Assembly: GCA_034659215.1 (NCBI GenBank)
Contig: JAYEGS010000244.1
Span: 12,659-76,658 of the forward strand
DNA from: Pseudomonadota bacterium
GTDB taxonomy: Bacteria > Desulfobacterota > Anaeroferrophillalia > Anaeroferrophillales > Tharpellaceae
Reading direction: 5' to 3'
Length of the DNA stretch: 64,000 nt
Shown here: positions 35,976 to 46,217 of the stretch, in pieces
Layout: the number at the start of each line of letters is the position of its first letter
Numbering within the stretch: position 1 is the first letter of the stretch
Made by a program: the position numbers and the translations under genes
The notes under the pieces: generated by a model
Seen by the model: the letters and a program-made list of their open reading frames with translations, nothing else
What the model was told of the DNA's origin: nothing
Database searches by the model: none

Positions 35976-37067
35976 ATGATCATCGGCATCCCACGAGAAA
36001 TCAAAAAGGACGAATATAGAGTAGCGCTGCTCCCGGTAGGGGCTCAATTGTTGGTTGAAGATGGCCATACGGTTTTGGTCGAAAAAGGGGCCGGGCGCGG
36101 TTGTGGCTACGATGATGCTGACTATGTCGGAGTCGGAGCCGAGCTCGTCGACACGGCAAGCGAAATTTATCGTCAAGCCGAAATGGTTGTTAAAGTCAAA
36201 GAGCCGCAACCTATAGAGATTGCCGAACTGAAAGAGAACCAGATTGTCTTCTGTTATTTCCATTTTGCCGGCTCCCGTGAACTTACCGAGGGCTGTTTGA
36301 GAAAAGGTATTGCCGCGGTTGCCTATGAAACCCTGACCGACGAAAAGGGTCGTCTTCCTCTGCTCACGCCGATGAGTGAAGTGGCCGGCAAAATGTCAAT
36401 CCAGGAGGGTGCCAAATGTTTGGAAAAACCGATGATGGGTCGCGGCATTCTGCTGGGCGGCGTGCCCGGGGTCGAACCCGCCAATGTCCTGATCATCGGG
36501 GCCGGGGTTGTCGGCAGCAATGCGGCTCAGGTTGCGGCCGGTCTCGGGGCCAACGTCATTATCATGGATATCAATCTGGATCGGCTCCGCCATCTTGATG
36601 AGATCATGCCCGCCAATGTTACTACTATCTATTGTGATCCCCAGGCGATAGCAGATTATGTCATCAAAGCCGATCTTGTTATCGGTGCGGTTCTGATCCC
36701 CGGAGCCAAGGCTCCGGTCTTAATTGACCTGCCGCTTTTACGGAAAATGAAAAAAGGGGCGGTCATCGTTGACGTTTCAATTGACCAGGGAGGTTGTTGT
36801 GTCGCCAGCCGACCAACTACCCACAGCGACCCGGTTTTTGTCGTCGAAGAGATCGTCCACTACTGCGTCGCCAATATGCCGGGCGCGGTCGGCCGAACCA
36901 GTAGTCAGGCGCTTTGCAATGCCACGCTGCCCTATTGTCGTAAACTGGCAAACCTGGGACTTGATGGATTTATCAAAGAAAACCAGGGTCAGGCCGCAGC
37001 TCTTAATTTGAGAGCCGGAAAAATTATCTGCCCGGCCGTGGCCGCAACTTTTCCCGATCTGGTTTGA
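35976..37067 (+). CDS. ald: alanine dehydrogenase
   Basis: MIIGIPREIKKDEYRVALLP and the Rossmann motif IIGAGVVGSNAA match the Ald family. Confidence 0.8.
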   Translation: MIIGIPREIKKDEYRVALLPVGAQLLVEDGHTVLVEKGAGRGCGYDDADYVGVGAELVDTASEIYRQAEMVVKVKEPQPIEIAELKENQIVFCYFHFAGSRELTEGCLRKGIAAVAYETLTDEKGRLPLLTPMSEVAGKMSIQEGAKCLEKPMMGRGILLGGVPGVEPANVLIIGAGVVGSNAAQVAAGLGANVIIMDINLDRLRHLDEIMPANVTTIYCDPQAIADYVIKADLVIGAVLIPGAKAPVLIDLPLLRKMKKGAVIVDVSIDQGGCCVASRPTTHSDPVFVVEEIVHYCVANMPGAVGRTSSQALCNATLPYCRKLANLGLDGFIKENQGQAAALNLRAGKIICPAVAATFPDLV

Positions 37068-37254
37068 GAGATTTTCACAATCGAAAAACTTTTCACTGAA
37101 ATTACTCGCTGTTTAACGGCGTTTAAAATATATTCTTAAATGTTGGTACCCCCCCCATTTAATTCGAGAACTAACAACGAGTTTGTATCAAACTAATTTC
37201 TTTGCTCAGTCGAAAAGATTTTCTGTCCGACTGTAAGGGTTGTTTATTTTAAAA

Positions 37255-37400
37255 CGTTTTAAATGCGTATTCGGGCGTATTCCGCGTGGTATTCGAGGTA
37301 TTCCGGGGACACCATACTTAACTATTATTAAATATGGAACAATTATTGTAACTTTTTATCTAACCCGCAAACTCAGGCTACACAATCTCGATTTTCTTCG
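37255..37400. repeat. intergenic repeat modules (D: GTATTC tandem + ATTCCGGGGACACC; B-like TTGTAACT..TAACCCG..TCAGG)
   Basis: D matches 55040..55095 and the reverse complement of 57925..57975. The B-like part matches 27463..27495. Confidence 0.6.
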
Positions 37401-37429
37401 GAGAATCTGTCATAGTGTTGAGTTTTGCT

Positions 37430-37798
37430 TCACCCTCCGGCACGTTTGACATTGTAACCCTGCTTGCCCAGCTCATTTTCGAGCATATCTCGGTGGTCGC
37501 CCTGTATTTCGATGACTCCATCTTTCAGGGTGCCGCCACTGCCGCACTTTTGTTTAAGGGATTTTGCTAGCTTTTTCAGTTCATCCTTATTTAAGGGGAT
37601 GCCGGTTATCAAGGTTACGCCTTTTCCTTTTCTTCCTTTTGTTTCCCGCATTAATCTGACAATGCCATCATTTTTAGGGGGCGATTGGTTTTTGCGGCAA
37701 CTACATTTCGTTGTTGGTTTATTGCAGCCAGGACACATTTTGCCAAACTCGGTCGAGTAAACCATGCCGGAATTTTTATTTTGAGTTTTTATGGTCAT
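37430..37798 (-). CDS. yciH: translation initiation factor SUI1/YciH homolog
   Basis: A CPGC...C zinc-ribbon-like N-terminus and a SUI1-fold C-terminus. Confidence 0.6.
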   Translation of the reverse strand: MTIKTQNKNSGMVYSTEFGKMCPGCNKPTTKCSCRKNQSPPKNDGIVRLMRETKGRKGKGVTLITGIPLNKDELKKLAKSLKQKCGSGGTLKDGVIEIQGDHRDMLENELGKQGYNVKRAGG

Positions 37799-37804
37799 AT
37801 TGTT

Positions 37805-37935
37805 TACCTGTCTCGGCTGGGGTCATTTCTTGACACTTGGCGGCCGTAAGGTTCGCGTTAAACCAAAATTTTAATCCGCCATTTGTCAAGATGTGACCCC
37901 GTTAATGGGGGCGAAGCAAATTTCACTCTAACTTC
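37805..37935. repeat. intergenic repeat module E (hairpin-forming)
   Basis: ~75% identical to 57782..57905 (GGCGG.TGTAAGGTTCGCGT...CCGCCATTTGTCAAGATGTGACC). Confidence 0.6.
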
Positions 37936-37972
37936 AGCCACTTAATTGGGTCGTGCGCAAAGCCCGTACTAT

Positions 37973-39076
37973 CTACTTTTTCTGCATGCACTTGATGCCT
38001 TTGCCTTTGAAAGCTGGAATGAAGCAGCGGTTGCAGGAGGTGCAGGTGGCCGGTTCCTCGCGGCCGTTTTGCCATTGATTGATAAGATCCGGTTCTTTGA
38101 TCAGGGGGCGGCTGAGGGAGATCAGAGAGACGCCTTTGTTGAGTAACTCTTCCACTGTTTCTCGTGAACGGATGCCGCCGACGGCGATCACCGGGATGGG
38201 TAAAGCCTCGGCAAAGGCGTAGATCTCATCGGCAAAAGGGAGTTCGTTTTCTCCAGCCTTAATCGCTTTCGGTATCGGTGTCAGAGGGTCGGATATCTGG
38301 TTGCCGCCGCTGACTTCGATAGCATTGATGCCGAGTTCGGCCAACTCCTGGGCTATAATCAGGCTGTCATTACATTCCAGGCCGTTTTCAAAATAGTCGG
38401 AGCCGTTGATTTTGGCGGTAATCATGAAATCGTGGCCGACATATTCCCTGATTTTTTTATAGCAGTCGATCAGTATTCGAGCCCGGTTTTCGCGGTTGCC
38501 GCCATAGTCATCGTTGCGTTGATTGGAGAAGGGTGAAAGAAATTGGCTGATCAGATAGCCATGGGCGGCATGAATCTGGACGCCATCGCAGCCCGCCTCC
38601 CGGGCTCGGGCGGCGCTTTCGCCAAAATCGGTGATGATGGTCTCGATCTCATTTTTAGTTAATGCTTGCGGGATCTGTTCGAAAAGCGGGTGTTCAACCG
38701 CACTCGGGGCGGCTACTGGTAGGAGGCTGACACTAGAATCAGCCAGACCGCCGCAATGGACGAGTTGAGCCTGGATGCAGGTGTCATGGTTTTTTGCAAC
38801 CTCGATGACTTTAGAGAAGGATTGCTGCTGTTTGCGGTTGCCGAGCATGTTTTGTTCCCGGTTACGGCGTCCCTGCTGGTTTATGCCAATATAACCGGTA
38901 GTTAAAAGAGCCGCGCCGCCGGCACTTAATCGTTGGTAAAGTTCAACTTGGGCCGGGCTGAAGAGACCGTCACTAAAACTCATTCCGTCCCAGGTCGCGG
39001 AGCGAACAAAACGGTTTTTAAGAGTAAGTGGGCCTAATGTGATGGGGGAGAAAGGGTCATTGCTATTATTATTCAT
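37973..39076 (-). CDS. NADH:flavin oxidoreductase, Old Yellow Enzyme family
   Basis: OYE TIM-barrel motifs (HAAHGYL..QF, GGNRENR). Cys-rich C-terminal tail. Confidence 0.65.
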   Translation of the reverse strand: MNNNSNDPFSPITLGPLTLKNRFVRSATWDGMSFSDGLFSPAQVELYQRLSAGGAALLTTGYIGINQQGRRNREQNMLGNRKQQQSFSKVIEVAKNHDTCIQAQLVHCGGLADSSVSLLPVAAPSAVEHPLFEQIPQALTKNEIETIITDFGESAARAREAGCDGVQIHAAHGYLISQFLSPFSNQRNDDYGGNRENRARILIDCYKKIREYVGHDFMITAKINGSDYFENGLECNDSLIIAQELAELGINAIEVSGGNQISDPLTPIPKAIKAGENELPFADEIYAFAEALPIPVIAVGGIRSRETVEELLNKGVSLISLSRPLIKEPDLINQWQNGREEPATCTSCNRCFIPAFKGKGIKCMQKK

Positions 39077-39087
39077 GTTAAAATTCC

Positions 39088-40632
39088 TTAGAACGTTATG
39101 CGGCGATCGAGTGAGCGAAACTGGATCGCTTCGGCGATGTCGGCGCTGTTGATTTCGGGTCTTGTTTGCAGATCTGCGATAGTGCGGGCCACCTTTAAGA
39201 TCCGGCTGTAGGCTCGCGCACTTAAACCGAGTCGATCCATAGCCGTTTGCAAGAGGTTACGGCACTCTTGATCAAGATGGCAGAATTTTTTTAGATCACG
39301 GTCACTTAAGGCGGCGTTATTGCGGCGTGAGTGGTTTTTCAGGCGTTGCCGTTGGATTTTTTGCGCTTTTATAACCCGATTACGGATCTTTTTTGAACTG
39401 TCTCCGGTTTGGGCTTGGTTCGGGTTGATAAGTTCGGTGGTCGGCACTGCCGGAACTTCGATATGGAGGTCGATGCGGTCGAGCAATGGGCCTGAGATTT
39501 TATGGCGATAGCGTTGGATTTGCGAGGCGCTGCAAGTACATTCATGAAAAGGGTCGCCATAGTGGCCGCAAGGGCAGGGGTTCATGGCGGTGATGAGAAT
39601 GAAATCGGCCGGGAAAACGGCCTGAGCCTGAGCCCGGGCGATGGTGATTTGGCGGCTTTCTAAGGGTTGGCGCAAAACTTCGAGAGCGGAACGGCGAAAC
39701 TCGGGGAATTCATCGAGAAACAGGACGCCGTTATGGGCCATCGTGACTTCGCCGGGTCGGGGCTGGGAGCCGCCGCCGATCAGGGCAACATCGGAGATCG
39801 TGTGGTGGGGTTGGCGAAAGGGACGATTTTTGATCAGGCCTTGACCTGAGCCAATGAGACCGGCGACGCTGTGAATGATCGTGGTTTCCAACGCCTCTTC
39901 AAATGTCAGCGTCGGCAAGATTGAGGGCAGACGCCGGGCGAGCATGGTTTTCCCGCTGCCGGGCGGGCCGACAAAAAGGAGGTTATGGTTTCCGGCCGCG
40001 GCGATCTCTAAGGCTCTTTTGGCTTGGCTTTGCCCTCGGACATCGGCAAAATCAAGTTGATCATCGGTCTTTTTTTTACTTTGTGAAAAAGTTTCGGGAC
40101 GGCTTGGCCGGGGACATTTTTCAAGGATGATATCCAGGGTTTCGAGCAGGTTCTCGACCGCTATAATCTCGATTTCAGTAATTGCTGCGGCTTCGGCGGC
40201 ATTGGCGCGGGGTAAGAAAATGCCTTTACAGCCGCTTTCACGGGCGGCCAGAGCGATCGGTAAGGCGCCGCGAATCTCTTTGACCCGGCCATTCAATGAA
40301 AGCTCACCGCAGAAAAGATAGTCATTAAAAATTGAAGTTTTTTGCAGCTCTTTATGGTCGCCAGTGATAATACCTAAGGCGGCCGGCAGATCGAGGGCGG
40401 TGCCCTCTTTGCGGAGGTCGGCCGGAGCCAGGTTAACGGTGATCCGGCGGGCGGGAAATTTGAAACCGCAATTTTTAATCGCCGAGCGGATCCGTTCCTT
40501 GCTCTCCTTAATGGCGTTGTCAGCCAGGCCGACGACGACAAAGTTGGGCAGGCCGCGCGAAACATCGACCTCAACCTCAACCGGAAGGGCTTTAATGCCT
40601 GCCAGAGAAGCACTTTTAATGGTTGTAAACAT
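39088..40632 (-). CDS. comM: Mg-chelatase-like AAA ATPase YifB/ComM
   Basis: MFTTIKSASLAGIKALPVEVEVDVSRGLPNFVVVGLADNAIKESKERIRSAIKN plus Walker A GPPGSGKT. Confidence 0.8.
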   Translation of the reverse strand: MFTTIKSASLAGIKALPVEVEVDVSRGLPNFVVVGLADNAIKESKERIRSAIKNCGFKFPARRITVNLAPADLRKEGTALDLPAALGIITGDHKELQKTSIFNDYLFCGELSLNGRVKEIRGALPIALAARESGCKGIFLPRANAAEAAAITEIEIIAVENLLETLDIILEKCPRPSRPETFSQSKKKTDDQLDFADVRGQSQAKRALEIAAAGNHNLLFVGPPGSGKTMLARRLPSILPTLTFEEALETTIIHSVAGLIGSGQGLIKNRPFRQPHHTISDVALIGGGSQPRPGEVTMAHNGVLFLDEFPEFRRSALEVLRQPLESRQITIARAQAQAVFPADFILITAMNPCPCGHYGDPFHECTCSASQIQRYRHKISGPLLDRIDLHIEVPAVPTTELINPNQAQTGDSSKKIRNRVIKAQKIQRQRLKNHSRRNNAALSDRDLKKFCHLDQECRNLLQTAMDRLGLSARAYSRILKVARTIADLQTRPEINSADIAEAIQFRSLDRRITF

Positions 40633-40744
40633 TAGATATTATGGTTCATTTGTTAAAGGGTTTGAGACTGGCTGAATTTGCGTTACTTTATCTCTTGACT
40701 GTGCAATAATGTCAAGGCTAAAAAAGGTTTAAACCACTACCGGG

Positions 40745-40935
40745 CGTTCAGGCGCTTGTCTCTCCACTTCTTACGTAAAATTTCTGTTTTTCCAGCGCTC
40801 ATTACGCTGAAATTGAAGAACTCGCTCGTGCCTCGCTCAAACAGCTTCAATTTCAGGCGCGTAATTTATGCCCTTTGGGTATTCGCTGGGAAAAACGACG
40901 AAATTTTTCGAGACGTTCCGAGAAACCGCCTGACC
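40745..40935. repeat. repeat family C copy 1: ~190-nt imperfect long hairpin
   Basis: TTTTTCCAGCG pairs with CGCTGGGAAAAA, and CTGAAATTGAAG with CTTCAATTTCAG. A second copy lies at 54855..55025. Confidence 0.65.
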
Positions 40936-41020
40936 GCCCTCTGGGCTGAGTAGTTACAAAAAAAGTTTGTTGACTTGTTACTGGAAACTTATTAAGGCTG
41001 ACGGCTTCGTGAAAACTCCA

Positions 41021-41235
41021 CACTATCTCGGTGTGGGGTCAGACCTCCAGGCGCCGGCTGTAAGCCGGTTGCCGATCTGAGTTTGCGCCCTGAGCGATAG
41101 CGAGGAAGTGCCCTTGGGGTAACCGTCCTCGAAGCCGGGCGAAGCCAAAATAACAACTTTGCCGCTTTTAACTTAATGCGGTTGGCGCGAACATCACTTT
41201 GCCCTCTTCTAAGGGGTCTGACCTCCAGGCCGAAG
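41021..41235. repeat. repeat family A copy 2 (with internal duplication of the GGGGTCxGACCTCCAGGC head)
   Basis: It shares CTATCTCGGTG.GGGG.CA.ACCTCCAGGC...CTGAGC...TCCTCGAAGCCGGGCGAAGCC with the other A copies. Confidence 0.65.
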
Positions 41236-41266
41236 TTACAATTGAATTTTACAGGCTTATAAAAAA

Positions 41267-41692
41267 ATGGAAGTGCTGGGTCGACATCTGTTGGTGGAAC
41301 TTTTCTCCTGCGACGAAGAGGTTCTTGATAATCTTGAGAAGATTGAGGCGTTAATGATGGTGGCGGCTCGGGCTTCCGGGGCGACTATTGTTCAGTCGGT
41401 CTTTCATCGTTTTCAGCCGCATGGGATTAGTGGGGTGGTTGTGATTGCCGAGTCGCACCTGGCGATTCACACTTGGCCCGAACATGGTTATGCCGCAGTC
41501 GACTTTTTTACCTGTGGAGCGGATATCGACTATTGGCAGGCTCACGATCTTCTCAAAGAGGCTTTCGCGGCGGGCGATTCTGAAGTTCGGGAGCTTTTTC
41601 GTGGTGGTGAGCGTGATGCTGCGGGTAAATTGGGTCGGAAAAATAGTGATTTGGTAAATAGTGAGTCGAAAAAAATGAGTCGGGAAAAATAG
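41267..41692 (+). CDS. speH: S-adenosylmethionine decarboxylase proenzyme (SpeH type)
   Basis: VIAESHLAIHTWPE is the processing-site region of the SpeH type. Confidence 0.7.
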   Translation: MEVLGRHLLVELFSCDEEVLDNLEKIEALMMVAARASGATIVQSVFHRFQPHGISGVVVIAESHLAIHTWPEHGYAAVDFFTCGADIDYWQAHDLLKEAFAAGDSEVRELFRGGERDAAGKLGRKNSDLVNSESKKMSREK

Positions 41693-41694
41693 TT

Positions 41695-42981
41695 ATGCAT
41701 GTTGACCGTCATTATAACGATCTGATTAACCGGGATGCCGAAGTTCTCTGGCACCCCTATTCGGCCGCTCCGGCGCCGATTCCTCCTTATGCCGTAAAGT
41801 CGGCTTCCGGAACCCGGCTGACTCTGCATGACGGTCGCCAACTGATTGACGGAATGTCTTCATGGTGGGCCGTGATTCACGGCTATAATCATCCTGTTCT
41901 TAATGCCGCGATGACCAGCCAACTTGATGACATGGCGCATGTTATGTTTGGCGGTTTGACGCATGAACCGGCGGTTCTTTTGGCCGAAAAACTGCTGGCC
42001 ATGGCGCCGCCGGGGCTGGCCCGAGTATTTTTTAGTGATTCCGGGTCGGTGGCCGTCGAAGTCGCCATCAAGATGGCGCTTCAGTACTGGTTCTCGTTGG
42101 GGCGGCCCGCTAAAAAGCGCCTCTTGACGATTCGCCAGGGTTATCACGGCGATACCTTTGCGACCATGTCGGTTTGTGACCCGGTTAACGGGATGCACCA
42201 TCTCTTTAGTGATCTGTTGATGCCGCAGCTTTTTGTTAAGGCTCCGCAAATTCCTTTTGCCGGGATTTGGAACGAGTCTGAAATGGATGAAATTACAGAA
42301 CTTATTAAAACCCGGCATGAGGAGTTGGCGGCGATTATTTTAGAGCCGATTGTCCAGGGGGCCGGGGGGATGCGTTTTTATCATCCTCAATATTTAAGGC
42401 GAGTCAGGGCGTTGTGCGATGAGTACGACCTGCTTCTGATTGCCGATGAGATTGCGACCGGTTTTGGTCGTACCGGGGAACTTTTTGCCTGTAATCATGC
42501 CGGCATTACGCCGGATATTCTCTGTCTTGGTAAAGCTTTGACCGGTGGTTATATGAGTTTTGCTGCGACTCTGACTAAAGCTTTTGTCAGTGAGGTGATT
42601 TCGCAAAAAGGGCCGGGTATGTTGATGCATGGGCCGACCTTTATGGCCAACCCGTTGGCCTGCGCCGTGGCTCTGGCCAGTATCGACCTGCTTGAAAACT
42701 CTCCTTGGCGGGAACGGGTTGCTGAAATAGAGGGCCTTTTGCAAGAAGGTCTTGAACCTTGTCGAGAGCTGCCGGGGGTCAAAGATGTTCGGGTTTTGGG
42801 GGCTATCGGAGTGGTTGAGACCAAAGCCCCGGTAGATGTTAAAAAGATTCAGGAGAGGGTCGTGGAGCGCGGTGTCTGGTTGCGGCCTTTTGCTAATCTT
42901 TGTTATACTATGCCCCCTTTTATTGCCGGGGCCGACGAAGTTAAACAGATAACATCAGCTATTTATGAAGCCTTATCATGA
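41695..42981 (+). CDS. bioA: class-III aminotransferase, BioA-like (adenosylmethionine-8-amino-7-oxononanoate aminotransferase)
   Basis: WHPYS near the N-terminus. The PLP-lysine region is ...DEIATGFGRTG. Confidence 0.55.
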   Translation: MHVDRHYNDLINRDAEVLWHPYSAAPAPIPPYAVKSASGTRLTLHDGRQLIDGMSSWWAVIHGYNHPVLNAAMTSQLDDMAHVMFGGLTHEPAVLLAEKLLAMAPPGLARVFFSDSGSVAVEVAIKMALQYWFSLGRPAKKRLLTIRQGYHGDTFATMSVCDPVNGMHHLFSDLLMPQLFVKAPQIPFAGIWNESEMDEITELIKTRHEELAAIILEPIVQGAGGMRFYHPQYLRRVRALCDEYDLLLIADEIATGFGRTGELFACNHAGITPDILCLGKALTGGYMSFAATLTKAFVSEVISQKGPGMLMHGPTFMANPLACAVALASIDLLENSPWRERVAEIEGLLQEGLEPCRELPGVKDVRVLGAIGVVETKAPVDVKKIQERVVERGVWLRPFANLCYTMPPFIAGADEVKQITSAIYEALS

Positions 42982-43178
42982 TTGTTTTACAAGAATTTAA
43001 CTCGATTACGGTTTTAGTTGCTTTGCCCGGCACCTTTATAGTATAAACTGCGCCGATTAATATTCTGAGGCTTTTTTCAAGGGCGGATCTTTTTGCAATA
43101 CGGGTAGTGGTCTGCCCCAAGTAAAGTAAGTGGTCTTGTGTAGATACAGGACGATCTAAAGAATAATGGAGACCTGAA

Positions 43179-43544
43179 ATGGATGCTGAACAACTTGAAT
43201 ATTTTCGCCAAATTCTGCTGGAAAAAAAGAAAGATGTTGAAGTGCGGGTAGAACAGCTTAAAAATGGAGATATCCATACCAATAAGGACGATCTCTATGA
43301 TGATGTTGATGCCGCTACCGTTGATGCTGATCATAGTCTGCTTTTCAGGATTCGTGGTCGTGAAGCGCATTTGATCAAAAAAATCAATGAAGCTTTGGAT
43401 CAGATTGATGCTGGTACTTACGGTATCTGTGCCGAGTGTGGTGAGAATATTAATATCGAACGGCTCAAAGCCCGGCCGGTAGCACCCTTGTGTATTGCCT
43501 GTAAAGAAGAGCAGGAAAAGATGGAAAAACGTAAAGGTCGATAA
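43179..43544 (+). CDS. DksA/TraR-family C4 zinc-finger protein
   Basis: CAECGENI...CIAC four-Cys finger and a coiled-coil N-terminus. Confidence 0.6.
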   Translation: MDAEQLEYFRQILLEKKKDVEVRVEQLKNGDIHTNKDDLYDDVDAATVDADHSLLFRIRGREAHLIKKINEALDQIDAGTYGICAECGENINIERLKARPVAPLCIACKEEQEKMEKRKGR

Positions 43545-43548
43545 AAAG

Positions 43549-46038
43549 ATGAACCCTGAATATAATCCCCATGCGCTGGAAAAAAAATGGCAGGCCCGCT
43601 GGCTTGCAGAGAAGACTTTTGCCACCGGAAAAGGCGGCGAGAAGTATTATCTGCTTGAGATGTTCCCATATCCCTCGGGAAAGATTCATATGGGTCATGT
43701 CCGCAACTACTCGATTGGTGATGTTGTGGCTCGCTATAAGCGGATGCAGGGGCGTGATGTACTTCACCCGATGGGCTGGGATGCCTTTGGTATGCCGGCG
43801 GAAAATGCGGCGATTGCGCACGATGTTCATCCGGCGGCCTGGACGAGCCGCAATATTGATGAAATGCGTACCCAATTACAGCGTATGGGTTTCAGTTATG
43901 ACTGGGATCGCGAGTTAGCGACCTGTGACCCCTCCTACTATCGTTGGGAACAGCTCTTTTTTACCCAGATGTTGGAAAAAGGGCTGGTTTACAAGAAAAA
44001 ATCCAAAGTCAACTGGTGTGAAGCGTGTCAGACGGTGCTCGCCAATGAACAGGTTGAAGACGGCTGTTGCTGGCGTTGCGGCCAGGAGACCGAAGACAAA
44101 GATCTCAGCCAGTGGTTTTTCAAAATAACCGCTTATGCCGAAGAGTTGCTTGCCGGTTGCGATGATTTGCAGGGCGGCTGGCCCGAGCGTGTCATTACCA
44201 TGCAGAAAAACTGGATTGGTAAGAGCGTCGGGGCCGAGATCGATTTTGCCGTAGCTGATCGGGATTGTAAAATTTCTGTTTTTACGACCCGCCAGGATAC
44301 CCTTTTTGGTGCCACTTTCATGAGTCTGGCACCCGATCACCCCCTGGCCGCAGAACTTGCTCAAGGAACCGGTCAGGAAGCCGCAGTTGCCGCTTTTATC
44401 GAGAAGATGCGCCTCCAGGAGGCGCCCAGTGACCGTGATGCGGCCAAGTTGGAGAAAGAGGGCGTCTTTACCGGGAGCTACAGTATTAATCCGTTGACCG
44501 GTCGCAAAATGCCGATCTATCTCGCCAATTTTGTCCTTTCCGGTTACGGAACCGGGGCGGTGATGGCGGTTCCGGCTCATGACCAGCGCGATTTCGAATT
44601 TGCCAAAATGTATGATCTGCCGATTGTGGTTGTCATTCAGCCCGAAGGTGAACTGTTTGATCCGGCCCTGATGAGTGAAGCATACACGGGTGAGGGGCGG
44701 CTGATTAACTCGGCTGAATTTGATGGTTGTGAAAACCGCAAAGCGCTGGATCTGATTGCAGCTCATTTGAGCGAAAAAGGGCTGGGCAACAAAGCGGTAA
44801 CCTACCGTCTGCGGGATTGGGGCGTATCGCGACAGCGCTATTGGGGGACGCCGATTCCGGTGATCTATTGTGACGTTTGTGGAATTGTTCCGGTTCCAGA
44901 AAAAGATCTGCCGGTACGCCTGCCCGAGGATGTTGAACTCGGCGGTAGCGGCGGTTCACCGCTTGAGAAAGTAGAGAGTTTTGTCAATGTTGCTTGTCCG
45001 CGTTGCGGAGCCCCGGCTCGACGCGAGACCGATACCATGGATACGTTTGTCGAATCCTCCTGGTATTATATGCGTTATGCCTGCGCTGATTATGAAGATG
45101 GCCCTCTGGAAAAAGCCGCAGTTGATCGCTGGCTGCCGGTTGATCATTATATCGGCGGGATTGAGCATGCTATTTTGCATCTCCTTTATTCACGTTTTTT
45201 TACCAGGGTCTTACGGGATCTTGGTTATATCGATTTTTCCGAGCCCTTTACCAGGCTTCTGACCCAGGGGATGGTCATTAAAGACGGGGCCAAGATGTCA
45301 AAATCAAAGGGTAACGTTGTCGATCCCAATGCCCTGATTAAGCGCTATGGGGCCGATACAGCTCGTATATTCAGCCTCTTTGCTTCGCCGCCGGAACTTG
45401 ATCTGGAGTGGAATGACCAGGGGGTTGAAGGGGGCTATCGTTTTCTCAATCGTCTCTGGCGTATCGTTCATGCCCTGTTGCCGGCCTTAAACGAGGTTGA
45501 GGCTTTTGCCGGAACTATGGCCGAGGTACCGTCGGCCTATAGCGCTTTGCGGCGTAAAACCCACCAGACGATTGACCGCGTACGAACCGATATTGAGAAA
45601 CGTATGCATTTTAATACGGCGATCAGTGCGGTTATGGAACTGGTCAATGAACTGAAAAATTATGACCTTGAAGCGGCTCAGGCGGATAAGATCTTGGCGG
45701 CTCTACTTCGGGAAGCGGTTGAAACCGTGGTTCTGTTGCTGGCTCCGATTGTGCCCCATATCTGTGAAGAACTTTGGCAGGAACTCGGCCATGAGCAGGG
45801 CGTAAGCTACGTTCCGGTGCCGGTTGTCGATGCCGCCTCACTGATTGAAGATACGGTCTTGGTAGTTGTCCAGATTAACGGCAAAGTCAGGGAACGTTTG
45901 ACCGTAGCTCGTGATATAGCCCAGGATGAGATCAAAAAACTTGCCCTTGCCAGTGAAAAAGTGCAAAAGCATATCAGTGGTAAAGAGCTGCGTAAAGTCA
46001 TTGTCGTGCCCAATAAGTTAGTCAACATTGTTGTTTAA
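43549..46038 (+). CDS. leuS: leucyl-tRNA synthetase
   Basis: HMGHVRNY (HIGH motif) and KMSKSKGN (KMSKS motif). The start is trimmed to [15 protein letters not shown]. Confidence 0.9.
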   Translation: MNPEYNPHALEKKWQARWLAEKTFATGKGGEKYYLLEMFPYPSGKIHMGHVRNYSIGDVVARYKRMQGRDVLHPMGWDAFGMPAENAAIAHDVHPAAWTSRNIDEMRTQLQRMGFSYDWDRELATCDPSYYRWEQLFFTQMLEKGLVYKKKSKVNWCEACQTVLANEQVEDGCCWRCGQETEDKDLSQWFFKITAYAEELLAGCDDLQGGWPERVITMQKNWIGKSVGAEIDFAVADRDCKISVFTTRQDTLFGATFMSLAPDHPLAAELAQGTGQEAAVAAFIEKMRLQEAPSDRDAAKLEKEGVFTGSYSINPLTGRKMPIYLANFVLSGYGTGAVMAVPAHDQRDFEFAKMYDLPIVVVIQPEGELFDPALMSEAYTGEGRLINSAEFDGCENRKALDLIAAHLSEKGLGNKAVTYRLRDWGVSRQRYWGTPIPVIYCDVCGIVPVPEKDLPVRLPEDVELGGSGGSPLEKVESFVNVACPRCGAPARRETDTMDTFVESSWYYMRYACADYEDGPLEKAAVDRWLPVDHYIGGIEHAILHLLYSRFFTRVLRDLGYIDFSEPFTRLLTQGMVIKDGAKMSKSKGNVVDPNALIKRYGADTARIFSLFASPPELDLEWNDQGVEGGYRFLNRLWRIVHALLPALNEVEAFAGTMAEVPSAYSALRRKTHQTIDRVRTDIEKRMHFNTAISAVMELVNELKNYDLEAAQADKILAALLREAVETVVLLLAPIVPHICEELWQELGHEQGVSYVPVPVVDAASLIEDTVLVVVQINGKVRERLTVARDIAQDEIKKLALASEKVQKHISGKELRKVIVVPNKLVNIVV

Positions 46039-46175
46039 AAATTCGTAACTATTCAGCGTAGTATCGTCTTCAAGCTATCTCGGTGCGGGGACATACCTCC
46101 AGGCCGGGCTTTAGCCCGTGACGAGCTGAGCTGTGTCCCCCTCGAAGTGGGCGAAGCGATGTTCGCATCATTTGT
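46036..46175. repeat. repeat family A copy 3 with left TIR only
   Basis: CGTAACTATTCAGCGTAGTATCGTCTTCAAGCTATCTCGGTGCGGGGACATACCTCCAGGCC... Confidence 0.6.
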
Positions 46176-46217
46176 TGCTTCTTGATGGTGGTGGGTGCGC
46201 TAGCAGGAGAAAAATTG

